Shown here: positions 58,120-64,000 of the stretch, one piece after another | How the letters are laid out: every line of letters begins with the position of its first letter | Numbering within the stretch: the stretch's first letter is position 1 | The notes under the pieces: model-generated | The model's database searches: none | What the model was told of the DNA's origin: nothing | The model's input: only the letters and a program-made list of their open reading frames with translations | Source of the DNA: Candidatus Kerfeldbacteria bacterium | GTDB lineage: Bacteria; Patescibacteriota; Patescibacteriia; UBA9570; XYC2-FULL-38-9 | Direction: 5' to 3' | NCBI GenBank assembly: GCA_016182555.1 | Contig: JACPGJ010000004.1 | Coordinates: 14,751 to 78,750, forward strand | DNA: 64,000 nt | Program-made: the position numbers and the translations under genes

Positions 58120-58794
58120 TTACTCAGCAACGATCACATCACCTTCTTTTAGACCATCCGTAATTTCGGTATAGTCATCGCCTTCAAACCCAATCTGTAC
58201 CTCGACCGATTCTATTGTTTGGTCTGTTTTATCAATCCCAAGACGTTTCAAATGCACTCGGCGTTCTTCCACCACGCGGTTCACATAATACTGTTCATCT
58301 TGTGTATATAAGCTGGCATTCGGTACGGCTAGAACGTCATCAGCGGTGGAATCGAGCACAATATGCACATCCGCATGCATTCCGTTACGCACATGTTCAG
58401 GAATTTCATCAACATCTACAATCACTTCATATTCCGTGACATCACCAGAAATGGTGGGGTCATCAGCAATAGTATAAATAGTTCCCTGCTCTTCTGCATC
58501 AATCGCATCAATACTTAAGTCTACTTCTTGATCGGTGGATAGGCTATCAACATCATCTTCATCAACAAAAAATTGAACCACTTGCTGATCTGCATCATCA
58601 ATAGTTCGTTTGGTAATAACGCCTGTGTCGTCGAGTGTTCGTTCAATAGAGCGCTGGGTCACGGTTGCGGTGGTATAGGCAGTAGCTTGCGATTTGGGTT
58701 TCCAGGTAATGAGGACAATGAGTACCGCAATGACGAGTATGAAAAATATTGCATAGAGTATTTTTCGAAGCCAAGAAGAGACATGTTTACGCAT
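58120..58794 (-). CDS. Minimal MacA-like membrane fusion/adaptor protein
   Basis: N-terminal TM, VDEDDV...GMHADV, VLAVPNASL, EITDGLKEGD. Confidence 0.75.
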   Translation of the reverse strand: MRKHVSSWLRKILYAIFFILVIAVLIVLITWKPKSQATAYTTATVTQRSIERTLDDTGVITKRTIDDADQQVVQFFVDEDDVDSLSTDQEVDLSIDAIDAEEQGTIYTIADDPTISGDVTEYEVIVDVDEIPEHVRNGMHADVHIVLDSTADDVLAVPNASLYTQDEQYYVNRVVEERRVHLKRLGIDKTDQTIESVEVQIGFEGDDYTEITDGLKEGDVIVAE

Positions 58795-58899
58795 AGAAAA
58801 AAATTCATTGCTTAAATTCTTATTTATACAGTATAATATTTGTACTAATTCGTCTAGTACAGCAGGTACTGTAACCTGTCTACAACTATTGATTAATGT

Positions 58900-59481
58900 A
58901 TGGACAAAAGTGCTAAAGTGCTTGCTCAGGCCCGCAAAGGGGTACCAGCAGCTCTGACGGAACTCTATGAAACCAACATACGGGAGGTCTATCGTTTTAT
59001 TTACTATAAAGTTGGGAATAAAGAAGACGCCGAAGACCTTGCCCAAGATGTGTTTATTGCGGCTTTTGCGGGGTTAAAAAAATTCCGTGGCGAAGCAAGC
59101 TTTCGCAACTGGTGCTACGAAATTGCTAAACGCAAAATTGCCGATTTGTGGAGAGAAAAATATGGCATGCCAACCGTAGATATTGAAGCGGTGCTCGGCA
59201 TTCATACCACAATCGAAACGGCAGAAATGCAAGCAGAAGCAGCGGAGCAGGACACCGTAAAAATGACCGCCGTGGAACAGGTGCTTGGACAGCTCAAAGA
59301 CAATTATCGCGAGATATTAGAATATCGTTTTCTGAAAAATTATTCTATCAAAGAAACAGCTGACGCGATGGGTATTAGTGTCAGTAATGCGAAGGTATTA
59401 CAACATCGCGCGCTGAAAAAAGCGGCAACTCTGGAATCCTCCCCCCTGCTCATCACTCCAACTACTTCATCACCATTATGA
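58900..59481 (+). CDS. ECF-type RNA polymerase sigma factor
   Basis: DAEDLAQDVF, FRNWCYEIA, YSIKETADAMGIS...RAL. Confidence 0.92.
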   Translation: MDKSAKVLAQARKGVPAALTELYETNIREVYRFIYYKVGNKEDAEDLAQDVFIAAFAGLKKFRGEASFRNWCYEIAKRKIADLWREKYGMPTVDIEAVLGIHTTIETAEMQAEAAEQDTVKMTAVEQVLGQLKDNYREILEYRFLKNYSIKETADAMGISVSNAKVLQHRALKKAATLESSPLLITPTTSSPL

Positions 59482-60215
59482 AATCAGAAAAAATATCATT
59501 GGCACAAGACACCGCACACGCAGAACAGTTGAACAATGCACTCGACGATCTTCGTGCTGGCCGTTCACCAGAATATTTTTCTGCCGAGCCAGCATTTCAA
59601 ACCGCGTTGCGTTTACATATTTCTAGTTCACCAACATCTGCAGAAATCGATGATGCGTATGAGGAACAATTACAGCACCGATTATTGCGTCAATTCACCG
59701 AGGAAGAACCCTCTCGCGGCTTGCGGTGGTGGATGCCACGTATCGCCCCCGTAATTGGATTGGCTCTCGTATTGGTTATTGCATTAAATGTGAATACTGC
59801 TGTTGATGACCAACCAAACCAATTGGCAATACAAACAAACAATACCAATACATCCACATCCAACAACAATGCTGAAGGCGAAACCGTACAAGGGCTACAG
59901 CCAAATATGGCCAACAACAATGTTGAAACAACGTCCGATAACACAAATATAGATGATGGTGTGACCACAAACAATGACGATGGTGGAAATGAAAACGTGA
60001 ATATCAATACCACAAACGACAATGCTCATGTGTTAGACGCCGACATTGCGAGCGCAGACCTGACTGCGGATGATATAACTGCCGCTTCCACTACGCTCAC
60101 CACAACACTCACCGGTGCGGAAACTGACGTGGATGACAGTGTGGCTTATTCAGATATTTCAACTATCGGGACTACAGATATCGATTTGATGATGACTTCT
60201 CTTTCATCGTTATGA
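59478..60215 (+). CDS. Putative anti-sigma factor (single TM, Asn/Thr/Asp-rich extracellular tail)
   Basis: Overlaps the sigma stop; one TM helix; low-complexity C-terminus. Confidence 0.6.
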   Translation: MKSEKISLAQDTAHAEQLNNALDDLRAGRSPEYFSAEPAFQTALRLHISSSPTSAEIDDAYEEQLQHRLLRQFTEEEPSRGLRWWMPRIAPVIGLALVLVIALNVNTAVDDQPNQLAIQTNNTNTSTSNNNAEGETVQGLQPNMANNNVETTSDNTNIDDGVTTNNDDGGNENVNINTTNDNAHVLDADIASADLTADDITAASTTLTTTLTGAETDVDDSVAYSDISTIGTTDIDLMMTSLSSL

Positions 60216-60916
60216 AACGCCTATTCACCGTTATCATCAGCATGAATATTCTACTGGTAATGACATTCCCACACGTACTTTTTGCTGCACCGCAAACCCC
60301 GGGACAGATACCACCAGTACAGATCACTAATGATACCACTGCCCCAGATAATGAAGTGATGGTGCAACAACTTCGATCACGCGTGGACCAAGCTATCGTT
60401 ATGATGCTTGCTAAACTCACCCAACGCGAGAATACGATTCACCAACATGCGAAATTACGACCAACATTACAACAGGAACTATTGTCCGACACTGCTGAGA
60501 CACGGTCATTCCTTGTTGCTCAACAACAAGCATTACATAACACCTCAACGCTAGAAGGTGTTCGCGGCATTGCGCAAAAAATCCGTGAATTCATGCAACA
60601 ACAAAAAGATCAATTAGTGCAACGCCAAACAGAACTCAATGAAAAAAATATTGCCATTATTAACCGTGTTCAGGAGGCGGCCACGGCTCTGTTTCGGATA
60701 CTCAACCGCGCTGTCGCCCAATTAGAACGGAGTGGTCAAGATACCACTGAACTGAAAACGCTCATGACTCAACTGCAAACAGATATTGATGCGCTATCAA
60801 AAGAAGATGTTCATAATGACCCAGTAAAATTACAATCGACACTACGAACTATTCATAGCGAACTTTCTACAGTCATTCAAAAAATAAATACGGCGCTGAC
60901 AGCTGAAGATGAATAG
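60212..60916 (+). CDS. Secreted all-helical/coiled-coil hypothetical protein
   Basis: Signal peptide, Gln/Leu-rich heptads, coupled to the upstream gene. Confidence 0.6.
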   Translation: MKRLFTVIISMNILLVMTFPHVLFAAPQTPGQIPPVQITNDTTAPDNEVMVQQLRSRVDQAIVMMLAKLTQRENTIHQHAKLRPTLQQELLSDTAETRSFLVAQQQALHNTSTLEGVRGIAQKIREFMQQQKDQLVQRQTELNEKNIAIINRVQEAATALFRILNRAVAQLERSGQDTTELKTLMTQLQTDIDALSKEDVHNDPVKLQSTLRTIHSELSTVIQKINTALTAEDE

Positions 60917-60970
60917 GTGATACGATAACACGGGTTGTCGCTCTGCTCGAACCTCTTGTATAATAGCCGT

Positions 60971-61930
60971 ATGATAAAAAAACTCCTGTGTGGTATCGTT
61001 GCATTCTTGTTATTAATGCCGACCACTGCCTCTGCGCATGTCAAATGGTTTGTGGATGAAGATACCGTTATACCCAATCCGATAGAACATTTTTCTCTGA
61101 CCAATTCTGCCGTTATTATTTGGATTGTTATTCTATTTTGCATCATATTAGTGGCGTGGTGGTTAGACGGACGCCTTGCCGGGTTACCAGATGCGTGGGT
61201 AAAAAAAAGCACACAACGCCGAAAACAATTGTTATGGATAGTTCAATTATGCGTTGGCGTATGGTTACTCAATACTACCTGGCATGGAGCAGTGATTGCT
61301 CCACCATTACACGGCCATAGTGGTGATCTATTCAGCCAAATCTTATTGGGCACACAATTGGCGGCTGGCATACTGCTGATTATCAATCTCCTGGTTCCGC
61401 TGAGCGGCGCATTGTTGCTCTTATTATTTACTGGGGCCTGTATAACATTCGGTTTTTTGGAAATGTTGGAGCATGTGTTTGTGGTGGGTCTGGGGTTGTT
61501 TCTCATCATACAAAAAAGTAAACGCCGAACCGCCATAGGAAAAAAATTAATGTGGGCTACACCGTTATTGCGTGTGACGACCGGAATTTCACTCATAACC
61601 CTTGCCTTGGATGAAAAATTACTTCATCCAGAATTGGGGTTGACCTTTCTCCAAACGCATCAATGGAATTTCATGCAAATACTTGGTATGGCTGGTTTTA
61701 GCAACCAACTATTTATTCTGTCCGCCGGGTTCATGGAATTAACATTTGGCCTCCTCTTCGTTCTCGGATTAGTCACTCGTTTGAATACATTCGCAATGAG
61801 CATATTCTTTATCGGTTCGGCAATCATGTTGGGGCCCCGGGAAGTGATTGGCCACCTACCGATATTTGCCATAGCGATGGTCTTGCTTATCTATGGGTCC
61901 GGTACACGGTTGAAACTCAAACGCCAATAA
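60971..61930 (+). CDS. DoxX-like polytopic membrane protein
   Basis: AHVKWF, LRVTTG...EKLLHP, E...GLL...GLVTR, E..GHLP. Confidence 0.65.
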   Translation: MIKKLLCGIVAFLLLMPTTASAHVKWFVDEDTVIPNPIEHFSLTNSAVIIWIVILFCIILVAWWLDGRLAGLPDAWVKKSTQRRKQLLWIVQLCVGVWLLNTTWHGAVIAPPLHGHSGDLFSQILLGTQLAAGILLIINLLVPLSGALLLLLFTGACITFGFLEMLEHVFVVGLGLFLIIQKSKRRTAIGKKLMWATPLLRVTTGISLITLALDEKLLHPELGLTFLQTHQWNFMQILGMAGFSNQLFILSAGFMELTFGLLFVLGLVTRLNTFAMSIFFIGSAIMLGPREVIGHLPIFAIAMVLLIYGSGTRLKLKRQ

Positions 61931-62076
61931 ATTGATATGTTTGGGCAAACCATTTATGCGATTGACAAGTATCAGCACTCACCCTGACTACCCGTAACCC
62001 AGCGGCGACTACATTTTTTTATAGTCATACGGGTCATGCTATACTGATTATATACTTACCGTATCACACTTACGCT

Positions 62077-62343
62077 ATGAAAAAAAACACATTTGCCGAG
62101 AAAGTCTATGCTGTGGTCAAAGCCATTCCAAAAGGAAAATATATGACCTACCAAGAAGTTGCACGACGCGCGGGAAGTCCGCGTGCCTACCGCGCTGTTG
62201 GAAATATTTTGAGTAAAAATTGGGATCCGGCGATTCCCTGTCACCGGGTTGTACGATCAGATGGGACGCCTGGGGGATATAACCGCGGCGCATCTCGCAA
62301 AGTGACATTATTACAATCTGAACAAGCTATTCGCTCTCGTTAA
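62077..62343 (+). CDS. O6-alkylguanine alkyltransferase (MGMT), C-terminal domain only
   Basis: IPKGKYMTY, RAVG, IPCHRVV, LLQSE. Confidence 0.9.
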   Translation: MKKNTFAEKVYAVVKAIPKGKYMTYQEVARRAGSPRAYRAVGNILSKNWDPAIPCHRVVRSDGTPGGYNRGASRKVTLLQSEQAIRSR

Positions 62344-62347
62344 CGCT

Positions 62348-62842
62348 ATGGCCACACCATCAACGCACCCATTTAATTGTAGTCGCTGTGCAAACCACAA
62401 TGTTTCAGAATTTGCTATTTATGAACCCACAGATAATTGGCTCATTGTCTATCCAAAAATTCGTCTCATTCATGCGCACTTGGGTATTGCCACCTGGGAC
62501 GATCGTTCCAGTACAGAAGAAGCTGCATGGATACAAGCAACATTAGAAAAAATATATACACAACATTCACCGACGACATTTCTTATTTTTGTTGATTTAA
62601 CGCGTAGTGATGACAGTGAGTTTCCTTCTCGCAAAGCGTTAAAAATCTACGCTGAAATTTTTAAACATACGCAAACTGCCTCGATGGTGCTCTATGGCGT
62701 ATCGACTGCTATGCAAGGCATTATCCAAATCGTTTTACATCTCTCTGGGGCACATAAAAAAGTACAAGTCGTAAAAAATATTCACCAAGCTGATACCTGT
62801 TTTCGTGAATGGAGTAAAAAAAATAAAACACGAGCTGTATAG
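62348..62842 (+). CDS. Hypothetical protein, STAS/SpoIIAA-like
   Basis: LIFVDLTR alpha/beta pattern; N-terminal CxxC. Confidence 0.45.
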   Translation: MATPSTHPFNCSRCANHNVSEFAIYEPTDNWLIVYPKIRLIHAHLGIATWDDRSSTEEAAWIQATLEKIYTQHSPTTFLIFVDLTRSDDSEFPSRKALKIYAEIFKHTQTASMVLYGVSTAMQGIIQIVLHLSGAHKKVQVVKNIHQADTCFREWSKKNKTRAV

Positions 62843-62880
62843 GCTCGTGTTTTTTATTGTAGAACAGAAAACGGAAAAAT

Positions 62881-63375
62881 TTATTCTTCAACAACCAAGC
62901 TGCCGGTCATTTCTGTGTGCCCCGCGCCACAAACAACATTACAAGCAAAGGAGAACGTTCCTGCTTTGTCAGCAACAAACTCAACAGTCACTGTTTTTCC
63001 TGGCGTAAGTGTTTCGCTGATATTAAAATCGGGGAGAGAAAATCCATGGGTAGTATCGTTGCTCTTCAAATTCAACGTCACGGTATCACCTTTTTTCACG
63101 GTGATGGTGGAAGGGCTGAATGTAAATTGGCTGGCTTCAATCGTAAATGTTTTCTGTGTACTAGCCGTATCGCCGGTGGTGACATTCGCATTTTCAGCCA
63201 ACCGTGAATCATCACTGCTGTTTGCATTACTGGTATTGGTGCTATTTACATTTGTTGTGTTTGTACTGTTCGTGCTGTTGGTATTGCTTGCCGTATTCCC
63301 ACAACCAGCGCCAACGAATAAGATCGTGGCAACAAACAAGGTAGCGAGGGAGAGTCTTTGTGATGTGCTCTTCAT
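62881..63375 (-). CDS. Cupredoxin-domain lipoprotein (CuA-like ligands)
   Basis: GAGC lipobox, THGF, CNVVCGAGHTEM. Confidence 0.88.
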   Translation of the reverse strand: MKSTSQRLSLATLFVATILFVGAGCGNTASNTNSTNSTNTTNVNSTNTSNANSSDDSRLAENANVTTGDTASTQKTFTIEASQFTFSPSTITVKKGDTVTLNLKSNDTTHGFSLPDFNISETLTPGKTVTVEFVADKAGTFSFACNVVCGAGHTEMTGSLVVEE

Positions 63376-63427
63376 AATGCGTATCTACTAATAATTATTA
63401 TAGCTCGTAGTATATCACAGCGTTGAA

Positions 63428-64000
63428 CTACTGAAAACCTGCGTATTCTGAACAACCTTTCGCGACTACATTGGCTGCCACATCATATCCAAATTCTTGC
63501 GTCCATTCGTTGATACGTGCTTGTAAAATCTGATTGCCAATTTCGGGGTTCGTTGCACCAGCAATTTCGGCTGCAAACTTCGCATTCCGTTTTTGTTCAT
63601 CTTCTGATGCACCACCAAAATCATAGCCATAAAAATCAACAGTGGTCACCAATGATTTGTTTACCAGTTCCGCGGCGGTGTTCGGCAAATCTTTATTTTT
63701 GTTAAATGCCACATTCGCAAATGCCACCAACTTGTCTTCTCGGTTGATATCACCAAACACAGTAATCTTATCCGGCGTTATTTTTGCTTGCGTCAACAAT
63801 TCTTGGCTATTATCAATATTCTGCCAAGAAACAATCGCGCACTCTTCTTTGTAAATACGCACACCGCGGTCGAGCAGTTGTTTCGTGTCCACAATGCTGT
63901 TGAAGTAGGCATTCATTGATTCTGCTTCTGAAGTATCTTTCAAGCTGGAATAGCTACCGGTAAACACCACTGCATCTACGCCATTCTGTTCATCGGTGAC
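63428..64000 (-). CDS. YdcF/DUF218-like protein, 5' end outside window
   Basis: VVFTGSY...SEAESM...EE...SWQNI pattern. Confidence 0.6.
   Translation of the reverse strand, partial: VTDEQNGVDAVVFTGSYSSLKDTSEAESMNAYFNSIVDTKQLLDRGVRIYKEECAIVSWQNIDNSQELLTQAKITPDKITVFGDINREDKLVAFANVAFNKNKDLPNTAAELVNKSLVTTVDFYGYDFGGASEDEQKRNAKFAAEIAGATNPEIGNQILQARINEWTQEFGYDVAANVVAKGCSEYAGFQ

Noticed and set aside
59800-60030. Asn/Thr-rich repeat-like DNA in the anti-sigma gene
   Set aside because: Low-complexity protein linker, not a discrete DNA repeat
61963-62036. Possible structured leader upstream of the MGMT gene (CCCGTA/TACGGG, GACTA/TAGTC)
   Set aside because: Stems are short and could arise by chance; not enough support without homologs

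Overview
A 64-kb chromosomal segment from a small-genome Patescibacteria (CPR) bacterium, probably Parcubacteria/ABY1-like. This is inferred from the VirB2/TrbC-type pilin array, DUF4143/DUF234 ATPases, FemAB and MurE, rpoBC without an upstream rplL, and the scarcity of Shine-Dalgarno sites. It uses the standard bacterial genetic code. Core genes are guaB, rpoB-rpoC, murE, lexA, xseAB, yvcK, ruvA, ruvC, yebC, galU and rlmH. The accessory content falls into five groups. (1) An ATP-grasp-rich envelope locus: a DUF3541-like protein, four ATP-grasp ligases and an LCP transferase, plus a PKD/7TM protein and an ATP-grasp-aspartic-peptidase fusion sitting inside the yebC-ruvC-ruvA block. (2) A stand-alone RdrB-like purine deaminase convergent with a CBS-less guaB. 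(3) An AbiE type IV toxin-antitoxin pair between a Cas4/RecB-like nuclease and an RNase H-WYL fusion. (4) Seven pilins next to two GT-C-like membrane proteins. (5) An ECF sigma/anti-sigma module next to a MacAB-like exporter. Non-coding signals read directly from the sequence include three TTCGG-N6-TTCGG boxes over the lexA promoter, a DnaA-box cluster and structured leader upstream of rpoB, a GCGAAGC-capped long hairpin after ruvA, and a ~290-nt GC-rich multi-hairpin element containing a 54-codon ORF with a strong SD. I saw no rRNA, tRNA, CRISPR array or transposase. All family assignments are from motif recognition by eye; no database searches were run.
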